Part shown: positions 1-20,835 of the stretch, in pieces
Position numbering within the stretch: the first letter of the stretch is position 1
How the letters are laid out: every line of letters starts with the position of its first letter
Assembly (NCBI GenBank): GCA_963693365.1
Contig: CAVNZM010000010.1
Coordinates: 8,371,794-8,435,793, forward strand
DNA: 64,000 nucleotides
Source: Amoebidium appalachense
Taxonomy: Eukaryota > Protista > Ichthyosporea
Reading direction: 5' to 3'
Program-made: the position numbers and the translations under genes
Notes under the pieces: model-generated
Databases searched by the model: none
What the model saw: only the letters and a program-made list of their open reading frames with translations
What the model was told of the DNA's origin: nothing

Positions 1-701
1 TTCGTGTTTTATGTTTCCCACAAACATGCATGTGTTATGTGTAAACAGGTATGTAGTCTATATTGAGATACCTTACCTGGGCATATCACAAATCTGCCAC
101 CAGAAGTCCAAGTCGTGCAGTGACGTCATATTAACAAATGACTAATGGGACCGGCTAGAATACAACAAACTGGGCATCACACTGAACTTCGAAAGTTCGG
201 GGGGCAAACCGAGTGGGCAAACAATACCACCTACTGAGGTGGTGCCTCATTTTCCTTCCTACCTCAGCAGAAATGTCTCGCTAGTGAAGACAATGCTTAT
301 CTGTGTACGCGAAGTGACTGCTGCGAAGAAGGAAGGCTACGAAGAACTGAGACTGCGGGCTGCGAAGAAGGAAGGAAAAATCGTCGACGAGCCGAGATGG
401 CGCGTGACACGTCAGTACGTGTCAGGGGCAAACCGTACATCCGGCCATAAAAATCTCTGAGAAAAACTTAAACAGCCATTGTTCAAAACGTGATTAATAT
501 TTATTGGTAATATATATACAAAACACCAGCATCATACAGTGGCTGCCAGCACTCAAAGTTCAGCCTGCCACTTCCTCGACATTCATGCATAACACCTTCA
601 CAGCAGCTATCCAACGAAACTCCTTTTTCTGCAAGTCTGTCTGCCCCTTGGACCTGGGATCCATGTAGCCGTGCCCATAGAACTTGAACCCGGATAAACA
701 T

Positions 702-6414
<5,713 letters not shown>

Positions 6415-6682
6415 TTTCTGCACAGGCCAGTCAGCACATGTTGCGCTACCGGCAAAGCAGGAAAAGAGTGAGAGAAGCAGGTGGTGTTATTCTTTGTGAG
6501 TGGGCACCCATTGTGGTTTACATAAACATGCTTGCCATCCACCCTGTAGCCCCTAAAAACAACCCACAAGTAAACGGAAGGACCAGAAAGGTAATACCAG
6601 GTAGCACAAGCACCCCCTTTCTTCCTTTTTCTTTGTTTCTTTCTTTCTTTCCTCTTTCTTTATTTCTTTCTTTTTTTTTTGG

Positions 6683-6717
<35 letters not shown>

Positions 6718-6805
6718 CTCAACCGAGCAACAAATGTGGATGGAGAAGGCTGCAGAGCGAGAGGATAAGGGGGGGGGAGGGGTGATGGCGGTAGGAGGTG
6801 TTGAT

Positions 6806-6850
<45 letters not shown>

Positions 6851-7065
6851 TGTGCGTGCGTGCGTGCGTGCCGTGCGTGCGTGCGTACGTGCCTGCGTGT
6901 GTGTGTGGGTGTGTGTATGTGTGTGTGTGTGTAGGTGTTGTTGGTGGTTGGGATAGGGGGGAGCGAGGGAGAAGAGAGAGGGGAGGGAGAAGAGGGGGGG
7001 GGGGGAGGGGGGGCGGGGGAGAAAGAGAGAGAGATAGATAGATAGACAGAGAATGAGAGAGAGAG

Positions 7066-7195
<130 letters not shown>

Positions 7196-7559
7196 AGGGA
7201 GGGAGGAAGCGAGGGATGGATAGAGAGAGGGAGGGAGAGAGGGGGAGGGGGGAGAGAGAGAGGGAAGGAGAGTATGGGGGGAGGGGGGGAGGGGGGAGGG
7301 GGATAAAAGGCAAAGCAAACGTGGGCACGTTCTTGTCGCACATTCGAATAGAACTATGTGGACTTGTGCGCATGCCTGCACGCTTTCAAGCCCACGTCTC
7401 CGTGAGTCGCAACACAAACATGCTGCGTGCGTCTCAGCTCAGGAGGAGCTTAACATTGCATGTGTAATTGCGTATGGTGAAGCCACTCACATGTGTAACC
7501 TGTGTGTGTCCTCTTCCTCGAAGTTTGTGATCAAAATTGCAATTAGGAGCAAGTAATTT

Positions 7560-8091
7560 TCTCACCTTAACCCTGTATCTGGGCACTTGGTTTGAAGAAA
7601 CCTAAGATCCTCAAGCTAACCACTCTGCTAACCACTCTGATGTTTCTAAGCCTTCGAACAGAAAGTGAGCCTGACTCGGAGGTGACAACAGTTCCGACCT
7701 TCAAACTTCTTTTGATTTTGCCAAGACTTAGAATGACATAAATTTCAACACTTGAGAGCTCCGAAAACTCAACAATTGCTATATCCCATTACGGAATTTG
7801 ATGTCAACAGCCGATTTATGTGTACGCTCGACAGAGTTTCGTAATCGTCGCCAGCTCGGTGGCTCAGCACAGCAACCAGTTTTTGTTGGGTTCAGGCAGT
7901 GGGGCCAAGGGCGTGTGGTCGTTAATCACTGCGCTGGGTCACAGAATCATTAATATAGCTTTGGTTTATACTTCTTGAATCTAGCTTATTTGCCTAGGCT
8001 TTATGTGATGGCGTTTGGTTGTCCGGTCGAGTGACATGCCCATGGTGCTGTGTGTTTGGAAACACGAAGGTGCAAGGCGGAGACAGCGAAG
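7560..8091. promoter_or_regulatory. Probable divergent promoter region between IGBP1 (-) and RUFY (+)
   Basis: Head-to-head gene starts (ATGs at 6414 and 8092). The interval is free of microsatellites, and a minus-strand donor-like GTGAG near 7561 suggests a 5'UTR exon. Confidence 0.4.
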
Positions 8092-8831
8092 ATGGCGGAC
8101 GCATTAAGTGAGCCCGTCACGGGCCTGCAGGACCCGGTAGGTTGGGGTTGGGAATGGTCTGTTTGTGTCAAGATGTAGCTGGCTTGAAGGTTTTCTGGAA
8201 GATGGCAAGGAATTGTGTCTGCTTCGGAATGGATCTCGACTGGGTTGCACACTCTTACATCTTGCGGTTTCGGCAAGGTAGCACCTTAATGTTGCGGTGA
8301 TGAGTTATACAAAGTCACTTTATGGTGGCTTATTAGCATGCACACGAGGGTAGTTGTGGTTCCAAGGCAGATATAGTGCGTTAGATTCACAGAATGTGCA
8401 ATCTGAGTGGCACTGATAACATTCTTGTTTGCAGCTTCCCAGCCAGGCCTCTCTATTGAGCGAGGAGGAGCCACCACAACCACCCCCTACCGGCGCACGG
8501 TTGAAGAACACGCTGTCTGCTGCAAAAGAATTTTTTGGCCACAGACGAAACTCCAGCAACCCAGGTTCAAACCCCACACCCCCACCGGCACCAGATCCTG
8601 CAAGAAAGGCCTCTCTGGCTGCTTACCAGGTGGGTGCGTGTGTACGTGTACGCATCCATTCGTGCTGTTCCAAAGTGTGGGGGTATGTGATGTAGTATGC
8701 ACGGGCAACCGTGTGCGCCTTTTTTTTTGGAAGATCATGTGTGAAGAATATATTTGTGTGTGGGGAGGGCTGCTGTGAGGAAATAAATCGAGGGGACTCC
8801 AGCGGGTGCGCAGGCCGGCGGACGGGGAGCG

Positions 8832-8897
<66 letters not shown>

Positions 8898-9789
8898 GAG
8901 GGGGGGGGGGGGGGAGGAGGAAATGGCTTTTTATTGCTGCTTGGAGGCGTTCTAAGGAGGGAAAGTGGAGGCTGCTGCAAGGTTCTTGTTATCTGCTTCC
9001 ACTTTCTTGTGCAGTGCCAGAGGGAAAGACCAGATTCCTTGGGGGCTATAGTTTTAGGGTGTTTTCCTCTGACCAATACATTCACGTGGCTGTTGCCAGG
9101 GCCTTGCTGACCGTTCCACCATGGACAGGTGCAACGAAAGAATCTGCTGCAGATGACACAGCTGGCCATCAAGCGGCTGATTGAAACTGGAGTGCAGAAG
9201 AGACACCAGCTAGACGAGACACACGAGCCTTTGGAGCAGTTCTGTGTCATGCTAGAACACGTCATGAGGCACGGCCTCAAGGGTAAGGGGGGGGGGGGGG
9301 GGGGGAGGAGGGGAGGGGGTGGAGAAGGTGGAAGGGGGGAGGGGGGGATCAGGGGGCAGGGGGGAGGGGGGGAGGGGAAGGGGGGAGAATGGACGGCAAT
9401 GGGGAAGAGAGGCTTGGGGTTGAGGAGGCAGGAGGATTGTTAATCCAAAAGGAGGTTGGGCTCGAGGTATGCGACAGGCAAAACGGGAAAGGGGGGGGGG
9501 GAGGGGGGGGGGGGGGGGGGGGGGGGATCTTCCTGACTTGGAATGGTGAAAGGGAGTGGATACGGATGAAACGATCGGGAAGTAGGGGGAAAGATAAGCC
9601 TAATGGGGTGCTGGCTTTTGGTGGCTTTTTTTTTTTGGGGGGGGGGGGAAAGGGTGGTGGTGGTGGTGGTGGGGGGGGGGGGGACATTTTGCCGGTTAGA
9701 AAGGGGACTACAGGGGAGGAGAAAAGGTTGAAGAGATGATGGTGGTGGTTTTCAGGGGGGGCAAGGGGAAGCTTGGTTGTTGGTTTTTT

Positions 9790-9842
<53 letters not shown>

Positions 9843-10426
9843 GGGGAGGGGGGGGGGATGATTTGGTGGTGGCGTTTGAGGGGAAATAATGGGGATTTGT
9901 GGTGGGAGTGGTTGAAAGGGGAGGGGACAGGGGGCGAGGATGGTGGAGATTAATGTTTTTTCTTTTTGTGGGGAAGGGGAGGGGCAGAGGAGCGGGGAGG
10001 GGGGAATAATGGCGCTATTGGGTGAGGGGGAGGAGGAGGGAGGGGAGGGGAGGGGATGGTGATCGTCTTGATTCAGGGGAGGAGGGGTGGGAATTAGTTT
10101 TTTTTTGTTTGTTTGTTTTTTTTTTCTGTGGTGTGTGGTGTGTGTGTGTGCGTGTGGAAGGGGAGTGCGGAGGGGGGGGGGGGGGGGGGAGGTGGAGAAG
10201 GGCGAGAATGGCAGCATATCGGCTGGATTGAAAGGGGTGCCTGGGCAGGTCCGGTCATTGCATGGCTGCTATGGGTGCTGACGAGTGCTGGGTGGCTAAT
10301 TGGGCCATGGTGTGTGGGGACTGTGCCATGCATGTAGCTTGCGTCTTGCGCCTGTAGCTGAACCCCCCCCCCCCCCCCCCCCCTCCCCCGTTCCTCCCCT
10401 CCCCTTACGAACATCCACACTCGCAT

Positions 10427-10499
<73 letters not shown>

Positions 10500-10710
10500 A
10501 CGCACACACACACACACGCACACACACACACACACACAAACACACAGTCAAGAAGGGGCTGTTTGGGGCCTCCAAGGCCGGCAGTGCATTCTGGGAGTAC
10601 GTCTGCACGGGGCTGGGCCACATTGAGATAGCCCGGCAGTCACTGGACACCATTAGATGCATCCCCTCCCTGCAGTCAGACGTTGCAAGGTGTGTGTGTG
10701 TGTGTGTGTG

Positions 10711-10745
<35 letters not shown>

Positions 10746-11558
10746 AGGGGCGGGTGGGGAGGGGGGGGGGGCTGCTGAGCACGTGGGAGTGAGGAAGGAC
10801 GGCATGGAGAATGGGAGGTGGATGGGGGGAAAGGGGGGTTGGACTCAGGCAAAGGCCGTGTCTCTCTATTATTTTTCTTCTTCTTCGTCAATTTCTCTTT
10901 TTTTTTTTGGAAGGGGTGGGGGGGGGGGGGGGGGGGTTTGGATTGGATTGGATGGAGGTGCCCGTGCTGACGGGTGATTGGTGGGCAGACGTAAACCTAT
11001 GTTCGTGCCGGTCGTGTGTATTTGGGGGGGAGAGGGGAGAGGGGATGGGGGGGGGGGGACAGCGGGAAAGGGGGGGGGGGAGGGGGAGGACGGGGAGGGG
11101 GGGAGGGGTGGTGGTGACATCATCTGTGTCATTGTTGTAACCTGGATGCTTCTGCTTGCTCCAATAGGGTGTAACCCCCCCCACCCTTCTTCCCTCTCCA
11201 CACACACACAACACATGCGCACGTGAACAAACACACATGCATGCACGTATGCACGCGCGCGCGCACACACACACACACACACATACACACACACGTGCAG
11301 GTGTCGAGCATGGATCCGGCTCACGTTGATGGAGAAAAACCTAGCCGACTACTTCACCGTGCTGGTGGAAAACAAACAAAACACTGGGTGGGTAACTGGT
11401 GACCTGTGTAAACTGTTACGACTGTGGCATGTTGCGGTGTGGATGGATGGGTGGTGTGGGTGCTGGGCAGGTAAGAAGAGGAGGGCAAATTAACAGCGTC
11501 CTAGAAGCTTGGGCGGGTGTGCACAGGGGGATAGTGTGTTCGTGATCCCCCCCCTTCC

Positions 11559-11590
<32 letters not shown>

Positions 11591-12085
11591 ACCCCTCCCA
11601 CCGCACACATAGCTCACAAGTTTAGGGGTAGCTAATGTTGAGAGGTCTGGTACTCGTGTGTGTGACAGCCGTTTGTGCACCTTGTTTTCTGCGTCATCCC
11701 CCCCCCCCCCCTCCCCCCCCCCCCCCCCCCCTCTCCCCCCCCGCCTACATCCCCCATCCCCTCCGGCCTTCCCCCACCACCACCACCATACACACCCACA
11801 CGTACTTATAACACACACGCAGGCACACACTCACATGCACAAGTACACATGAAAAGGCAACAGTGAGCCCACAATGCAAAGCACATACTCTGACTGTTCA
11901 TATGCTCCAGGGAGTGGTACGAGGAGTGGGGGGTGATGGCGTGTGAGGAGGGTCACGTGATCTCTGGGCTGCTGGTGGGCCTCAGCGCCATCGATGCAAA
12001 CATCGACCTCAAGAGCTCAAATATGGAGGGGGTTTGTGCCCTGATGCAGGCACACATATGATGCACGCACATGCACATACACACA

Positions 12086-12129
<44 letters not shown>

Positions 12130-14836
12130 CAGGTGCACACACGTGCACCACACACGCTCACACACATACACGTACACGCACCCAAGCGCGCACGCGCGCG
12201 CACACACACACACACAGAGCTACGGCCAGGAAAAAAAAAAAATTTACTTACAATTGGAATAATGTGTAGGCTGCATGTCAGAGGGGTGTTTGTGGCTAGT
12301 CAAAGTCGTGCTGTTTGCTAGCTCTCGCCTCTCTACCCTCTCTGCAAAATAACTTCTGGTTGGTTCCTTCATATGTTATTGGTGTTGGAAGAAAAGGGTT
12401 GCGCTGGGTCGGTGAGGGTTCTTCCTGGGGGGAAGAGGGTTTTGGGGGGCGGGGGGGAGGGGGGGGGGGGGAAGGGGAGGAGGAGGGGAGAAAGAGGAAG
12501 GGAGAGGGAGGGGGGATATCCTGGCGAGGAGGTGCTTGGGGTGGCGGGGGGAGGGGGGGGGACAATGAGCACCCCACGGGGACATCTAGCTAGCACTAAC
12601 TGAATGTGTGGAGCAGGCGGGGGTGATCGACTTTTCACAATACCTGAAAGACGGCAACTATCGAAGGTCAGTGGCTTGTCCTGTGTTATGCTTCCACCCC
12701 CCCCCCCCCCCCCCCCCCCCCCCCCACCGCCCCCACCCCCTCCCCCCTTCTCCCCCCTCCCCCTCCTCCTCCTCCCCGCTCCACCCCTTGCCGTGTTATT
12801 CCCCTCCCTCCCTCAGCTCCAGCTTGCCCTATTGGGCTCTTCCACACCTGATGGAGAGTGGGATGAACGAAGCAGAAGATTGAAAGTGAGGGTAGTGATA
12901 GTCAGGGGGAAGGGGGAGGGGGGAAGGGAGGGGGGGGGGGAGTTTATTGCTGAATGGATGAAAGGATAAACGGGATCCTGTGTGGTAGATGTGTTTGTTT
13001 ATGGTGGCTTGGTAGGTCCGTGTATGTTCTGCATCCCTAGATGCATGCTAGCAGAAGACACAGTATGTGCTGTCAAATAAAGTGCACGCACTTGAGTGGC
13101 AGGCTGGTTCTGACCCATATGGCTGTAGGGACAGTGTGGTGGCCAACCCCATGGAGAACCCATCATCGGCATCATCAGACGTATGGCCTTTGCTTGCCCT
13201 CTATGGCACACGCACACACATGGATATGTATTGCCACATAACTGCCTCCTGTTTGATTGGTGCCTGTGTTATTGTGTATGATTCAAAGGGGATGTGGTTG
13301 TGTGCGGGAGATAATGATGGGTGCTGTGTGCTTTCTGTGTGCATGTGCTGTGAGTGAGTGTGTGTGTTTGTGTTGTGTGTGTGTGTGGGGGGGGGGGGGG
13401 GGGGGGAGGGGAGGAGGGGTGGGAGGAGAGGGGAGGGGGGGGGGGGGGGAGGGACCGGGTATGGATTGGTGGTGGTGCCCGACTGTGTTCAGGGTGCTGT
13501 GTGCATGGTAGATATGTTAGGGGAAGGGAGCATAGACGGTTGCTGTGCGTCCGCCTGTTCATGGTGCTGTATGCACGGTGCTGTGTGTGTGCTGACTGTG
13601 TGGCACAGGAGCAGTCATCGCGGCTGCTGGAGGCGCAGCGTGAGGCCGATGAGATCCGCATTCTGGTGGATCAGAAGCACTATGCTGAGAGCCTGGCTGC
13701 TAAGCTGCGCTCAGAGGTCGGTTCTCGATTTACTTCCCCCCCCCCCCCCCCCCCCCACCCTGCATAGTGTGAACAGTGCTGTTTACTGTTTTCGAACTTC
13801 CTACTGTGCAACGCTTCCCCCCCCCTCCTTCTCTCCTCCTCCTCGCTCACCACCACCTCATTTTGCCGTTGCTGGCAGACAGACCATGAGCAACACAACG
13901 TACCGCTAGCACATACGGGTTCGACTGGTTTCTAAAGGCATACCTGCGCATGTTAGCTGTGTACCCAGTGATCAAACATGGCTCCTATGAACTTTTCTTT
14001 ATGCTCTACACCTGCACGCCACACAGTGGATGTGGCTAGCATGTCCTATTTAGGATGGTGGCTTCGTGGCTCTCGTAGGCATGTCTGATCAGCAGCCAAT
14101 CACCATCTACGGATCATTGTTTTGACCATTAGGCCACGTGTTCCCATGCAGTTGGACGCAGCAAATGAAAAAGTTAAGGCCCTGTCAGCTGAGAAGGTAA
14201 ACCATTCTCCCCCCCCACCCACCCACCAACCCAGCCTCTCCTGGCTGCCTTCGTCCCCTACCTGCCTGTGCATAGGACAAAAGGGGACTAGGCACCAACG
14301 GTTCCTCGGTCATACCTACAGGGGTTGGATTTGAAGGCAAAATAGGAATGTGTGGTTGCTGGCTGTGCACAGGGCCCATGGTCCCTTCTCCTCACACACA
14401 AACACTTGCTTGTACAAGCCCCGTGGGTTGTGTGCATCCGTTCCTGCTTCTATATGCTGAGGTGAACCCTGCCATACGGGAAAGGTTGGGTGGGTGGTGT
14501 GTGTGTGTGTGTGTTTGGGCGCGCGGGGGGGGGGGGGGGGGGGGGGAGGAGGGGGAGGCACAAAGAGATGCATGGGCTGGGTCCTAAAACAAAGCGAACT
14601 GTGATGAGAGTGTACATGTTTTTTGGGTGGTAAGGTGGGCTTTATGTAAGCATGTGTGTGCCTGCATGTGCGCTCACTACATGCACCCAGGAGGAGCTCT
14701 TGAAGGTTGCAACCGAGCACGTTGCCCTCAAGGCAGAGATGGCTGCTACAAAGGAGGCCCACATCACCAGGCTAAATGTATAGCCCCCCCCCCCCCCCCT
14801 TCCCCCCCAACAAAAAAAAAAAAAAAAAAAAACACG

Positions 14837-14899
<63 letters not shown>

Positions 14900-15647
14900 C
14901 GAGAGTAAAACATATACTGCACAGACATGGACATGAACATGAACACCTTTCGAAGTGCATTCAAAGTGTGTTTAGAAGCATTTCTTTACCTCCATCCACC
15001 CCACAGCCTCGTCTCCTCGTATGGATGTGGTCACTCTGAGATTATGGTCTTTTTCACCCAGACAGACACATCATAACATGTGACAAGTGGCCCAATAAAG
15101 AGCACTGCAAAAGTGCCCTTTTTTTGGGTGGACATATTCGGATGTGTGTTCACGAGACACGGTTGTAACTGTGTGTGTGTTCAGGAGCTGGAGAGGTCAC
15201 TCAGCGAGGAGAGGCGGACATTCAAAGAGTCCATGGGGGAGATGGAGACCATGTACCAGGCCATGCTCAAGCAGTTCGAGACGGGTGGGTGGGTGGGTGT
15301 GTGGGTGGGTGGGTGGGTGTGGGTGGGTGATTGTGGGTGTGGGCGGGGGCGGGGGCGGGGCTTGCGTGGGCGGGGACGTAGGCGTCTGGGTCTCTGCGTG
15401 TTGGGTTGTATGGGTGGAGGCATGTGTATATGTGTGTGTTTGTGTTAAAGATGGGAGGAGCTAGTTAAGTAGGCCAGAATGGTCGTCAGTGGCCATCAGC
15501 GTCATCCAATTTCCTGTGTCGACGTCACTGCCTCACACTTAGTGCCATACCTGTGTACATGATAGTTGTGTGCATGTTGGGGAGAAGTTAATCCTTTTGA
15601 ATCGTTGTGTCTTTCCTGGGGGGGATTGGGGGAGGGCGCCCTCGTGG

Positions 15648-15686
<39 letters not shown>

Positions 15687-15930
15687 TTGGGGAAGGCGCC
15701 CCCTGGGGGGGGGGGGGGATTGGGGAGGGGGGGGCGCGGGGGAGAGGGGGGGAGGGAGGGAGGGGGGGGGGGGGGGGGCATGGGTAGTGGTGCAACCATG
15801 AGCATCTGTATTGACATGTGTTTGTTGAGGCAGAAATGGCACTACGGCTGGCAGTGGAGAGAGAGCACCAGGCCACAAAGGCACTGCTGCAGGCAAAGGA
15901 GGCGGAGGTGCAGGCTGCACATGACACACA

Positions 15931-16006
<76 letters not shown>

Positions 16007-16028
16007 GTGTGTGTGTGAGTGGCTGGGT

Positions 16029-16105
<77 letters not shown>

Positions 16106-16487
16106 GTGTGTGTGTGAAGGTGGATGTGGATGTGGGTGTGTGTGTGAGGGTGTGTGTGTGTAGGTGGATGTGGGTGTGTGGGTGTGTGCGCGCACGCGCG
16201 GTTGTATCTGTGTGTGTCTAAGTGATGGCAGGTACTCCTTTTAAGAAGATGTGTGCGCGCGCCTGTGTGTGTATGGGGAGGGGGAGGAGGGCAGGAGAGG
16301 GGGGGGGGGGGGGGGGGGTTCAGCTACTGTGTGTTGTAATGTGCTGGTGTGTGTACACTGCATTGGCCAAAGTGAGGGTGCAGGTCTTGTGGGGACCACC
16401 ATTGAGTGTCGCAGCCCATCCCTGGCCAGTGCAGGCAGGCCGGCAAAACCTTCAGACCCACCAAAGGTAACCAGGGGGGGAAGAAGG

Positions 16488-16520
<33 letters not shown>

Positions 16521-19500
16521 GGGGGGAGGGGAGGGAGGAAGGGGGATCGAACTCTACTTGTACCCCATGTAATGGTTGCAATACTGCAGGGTCACCTGTG
16601 TCACCACATGCCGTTTTTCTTTTTGAAAATGGCTGCACTATTACACCTGTCTGTCTGCAATATCTCCTCTGCAAACAATGCCACACTGCCTGTGTCAGCA
16701 ATTACACCTTTCTGCCATTGCAGTATTTCCTGTGTGTGGCACCTTGTAAATGTTGCCGTACTCCCTATGTGTGTCATATCCCATGCCCGAAAGAAATCAC
16801 AGACTGTCACTAGGCGCATCCCTTTGACCTAATGCCCAACTTTGAGCATTTGACCATTAGCCGCTATTCATCAATCTTGTGCATCCCCCCTCCCCCTCCC
16901 CAAAACTCCCCCTCCCCTCCCTCCCCTCTCCCCTCCCGGCGGACTCTACCCCCACCACTCCCTTTCTTCCCCTACTATCCCCTTCACCTACCTTGTACAT
17001 CCAATCCCCCTATCCCACCCCACACCCACCCACCCACCCGCTTACCCCCCTCCCCCCCCCCCCATCAGGCCGACACCACCTCTCTATCATCTGGTGCTCC
17101 AGGGCCCATTGTTGCTAGTGGGTCTGTAAGCACGGTGGAGGCCAAAGCAGTGCCCAGGTTGGACGGTGCAGCCACCCCTCTGTCTGTGCAGAGTGCATCC
17201 CCAGATATCCGGCCAAAGGTACAGTGGGGCCTGCACTTGAAAATGTGTGCCAGGGGTATCTTCGACAGACGATTTTGCATACTTGTCTGACTAACGATGG
17301 TTGACATTTCCTTCCAGATACCTCCTCCCACCACTGTCCACCCTTCTCCACCTCTCCTCCCTTCCCCTCTCCCCCCTCCCCCCCCCCCCCCCCCCTTCTC
17401 CCCGCGCTTCCCTCACCGCCACTTTAGTTTTATTCTCTCTCACTGCGCAAACACTATGGGGTGGTCAGAGCAAGAATCGTGTTTTGACGACATAGGGATG
17501 TGAGCCACATGATGAAATCTGCCTCGTTTTGATTGGTTGGATTCAATGGCTGACATGCCGAACCAATCAAATCAAGGCAAATTTTTGACATCCGGCTCAC
17601 ATTCCCATGTCGTCAAAACACGATTCTTGCTCTTACCACCCCATAGTGAAGGAGGTGGACAGGCAGAACATATGTACCAAGTGTGTCCACACACACACAC
17701 ACACAGGGCCTGTGCAAGGATACGTTGAAGTCACAGAAATAACACCCCATATGAACACGTTCATTTCCCCTCGAGTGTAATTCTTGTTGCCAGCCCCCAA
17801 TTCATTCTCCTCCTGTCTTTTTGTCGTTATCCCTCACGTGTGTTTTTCCGTTCTATTTTGGGCGTCCTGTTGTGAGATGTGTATTTGGCGGCACCGAGTG
17901 GTGGCAGAGCAAGCATTGAAGGGTTAATATGAAGGGGCAGGAGGATGGGAGGGCCATGGCTTGCGGTGTGTGTGCATGTTTTTCCCGAAGGTTTTAGGGG
18001 GAGGCGAAGTTTTTTTTTTTTTTTTTTTTTTTTTTTGTGGGGTGGGGTGGGGGGTGGGGGGGGGGGGGGGGGGGGGGGGGAGGATGCGGTGTGGGATATT
18101 CATTCGAGTGACGGGCGGTGCAGGGTGGTGCCAGTGAGTTGCGTAAAGGCGGCTCAAGCACATCAGTACTGGAGGTGGGTGCCCCTGGAGCTACGTTCCA
18201 CTACCATAACTCCCTCCCCCTCTTCCATGCACTATCTGGCAGGCTACAAGTGTTGCATGGTGGGACAACTACTTAATGCGCCTCTGCTTTTGCTTATCAT
18301 ATCCATACCAGGGGTATACTGGGTGGGAACTTATGAGAGAGTTGTTGCAACTAGAGACAGTCCCCATAATCTTTGCTTCCTTATTGGTGTTGGGTGTATA
18401 ACCCGGGCATACATCCCCTTTGGTGGGTGGATATTCTTGGGTCTGTTGTCCGTACGATTGTTCGTCGTATGTGGATGTCCCTTGCGTGTGTGCGTGCGTG
18501 CGCGCGTGTGTGCATGCGTGCATGTGTGCATGCGCGCGTGCGTGCGTGCGTGCATATGTGCGTGCCTATGTCTATTTGTGTGTTTATGAGGGAAAGGAAG
18601 TGCTCCCCCCTGCCCTCCGGGGTGAGGGGGGGGAGGGGGAGGGGGATGTTACAATGGCTTCTTGTGGAGGCTGACACTAAGTCACAGGCCATCGAATGCC
18701 ACGAATGCCATCAACCCTTCTCCGTCCACAGAAGAAAGGTACTACTCCGTTATTCTGTCTATTGCTAAACAATAATAAATGGTGTATGGTATTTGCTTAC
18801 GCACACGTGCGTACACACGCCTAGGGGGGAGGGGGGGAGGAGGAGGGGGGAGGGGGGGGGGGGGGGTCGAACTTATCCTGTGGTGGGGAAGAGGGGGAGG
18901 AAAAAGGGGTATGGCGAGAGAGGGCATTTGAGGTATCCGAGAGTGCAAGAGAGGTTGAATGGGGCCAATACAGACAGATGCTGCGGTTTGATAGGCCCCA
19001 TTCCCGTGGCCAATCAACCTCCCTTTTACCCATCTAACATGGAAGAACATCTTGCATGCATGAGTGTGTCCTGTTGGTTACCTTTATCCCCCCCCCCCCC
19101 CCCCCCCCCCTCCCGCTTCCCTCCCCCCCCAACCCCCCCCCTCCCCCCCGCGCTCCTCCCCCCCCCCCCCCCTCCCCCTCCATGTGTTTTAAAAATATGG
19201 GAGGTGGGGGGAGGGGGGTGGGGGTGGGGGGGGGGGGAGCCGCAGATAGGTTAGTCATATATGGAGAGATTTGAGGACGGCTGCCAGGTGGTGGGTCGGG
19301 GGCCAATGTACAGGGTGACCCGCACTGACATGTGGTGTGGTTGCACAGCAACAATGTCGATCGTGCAAGAACCTGGTCTGCACAGACTGCGCACAGGTGT
19401 GTGGCCCCCCCAGCCCCCCCCCCCCCCCCCCCCCCGCCAAAAAAAAAAAAAAGATAAAAAGAAAAGAAGGAAAGAAAAAAAGAAAAAAATCATTAAAAAA

Positions 19501-19790
19501 ATCCCCCCCCTCCCCCCCCCCCCCCCCCCTTTGAACCCCTTTCCATTCGCTCTTGTGCTGCAAGCATGACGCTGCTAACCAAATGTTGAGGACACAAACA
19601 GCAAACGAAAATGGGGGGGGAGGTGAAAGGGGTCAAAGGGGCAGGAGGGGGGGGGGGGGGGGTATTTACATGCAAACAGTGACTGACACCAGGTACACGT
19701 GCACAGCACACGGCCATGCTGCCCAACACCAGCAGACAGGTCAAGGTCTGCAACGCCTGCCACCAGACCCTCAGCAACGCCTTTGTCTAG
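8092..19790 (+). CDS. RUFY: RUN and FYVE domain-containing protein (RUFY1/2/3-like), multi-exon
   Basis: Start exon MADALSEPVTGLQDP (8092). RUN domain exons: QRKNLLQMTQLAIKRLIE...FCVMLEHVMRHGLK (~9129), AFWEYVC (~10590), RAWIRLTLMEKNLADY (~11301), EWYEEWGVM...GLLVGLSAIDANIDLK (~11911), VIDFSQYLKDGNY (~12616). Coiled-coil exons at 13609-15932. FYVE exons: CHECHQPFSVHRRK, QQCRSCKNLVCTDC, VKVCNACHQTLSNAFV* (stop 19788-19790). Some small internal exons are uncertain. Confidence 0.9.
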
Positions 19791-19985
19791 TGCCCTGTCC
19801 TCTATGGGGGGCTAGGGTATGATGTGCACGTAGATAGGAGATGGTAGGAAGTGTGTGGATTGAATGGTATGGCAGTGCAGTCTGCCATTCTAGTTTGAGG
19901 TGTTGCCGACTGACGGGGGGACAGTGATGTTGGTGTGGCACGGTGATGGTGGTGGTCGTTTTTTTTGGGGAGTTTTGTTGTTGTT

Positions 19986-20026
<41 letters not shown>

Positions 20027-20669
20027 TGTGTGTGTGTGTGTGTGCGCGCGCGTGCGTGTGTGCTCATGGGTGTGTTTGTACGAAAGAAGGGCGGGTGGGG
20101 GAGGGGGGGGGAAGGGGGGGGGGATCCGCATTTACGCAACACGTGCACCTGTTTAGACCAGTTGGAATATTGAACTGTGAACATTGTATTGATTGTAGTC
20201 GAACTGCACTAGAAGTGAATGGAAACGAACATCAAGTTTATGTCATTGCTTCCACTGCTGTATAAAGCTAATGTACATGCAGGTGCGGCAATCATATTGT
20301 CAAAGAGGAGAGCACACACTTAGATTACAGTAAGTTAAACCGGAGTTCTTTGTAGGGTACAGTTGAGCAACACTCGAATTATAACATTGTCGAGGGTGAG
20401 AGAAAAAGTATGTTATGACTGTATCTCTAAATGAATACACGTGCATATGCAACAATGCTCGATATTTAATATTAAAGTAGCTTTCATATTCGTGTGTGGC
20501 AGCTTTGCTGGCCATGGCGGATCCACTGGACGATCTCGAGCCAGTTTCGATACTGAGCTCTCTAAGGTCCCCCCCCCTCCCCCCCCCCCCGCCCGCCCCA
20601 CCCACCTACTACGATAGTACCACCCGGTGGCACCTCCGTACGTGTGGCACCACCACCACCACTGGTGGG

Positions 20670-20719
<50 letters not shown>

Positions 20720-20735
20720 ACACACACACACACGT

Positions 20736-20780
<45 letters not shown>

Positions 20781-20796
20781 ACACACACACACACGT

Positions 20797-20835
<39 letters not shown>

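Noticed and set aside
320-376. 17-bp direct repeat GCTGCGAAGAAGGAAGG in a 73-aa ORF
   Set aside because: Too short, with no recognisable homology or element structure.
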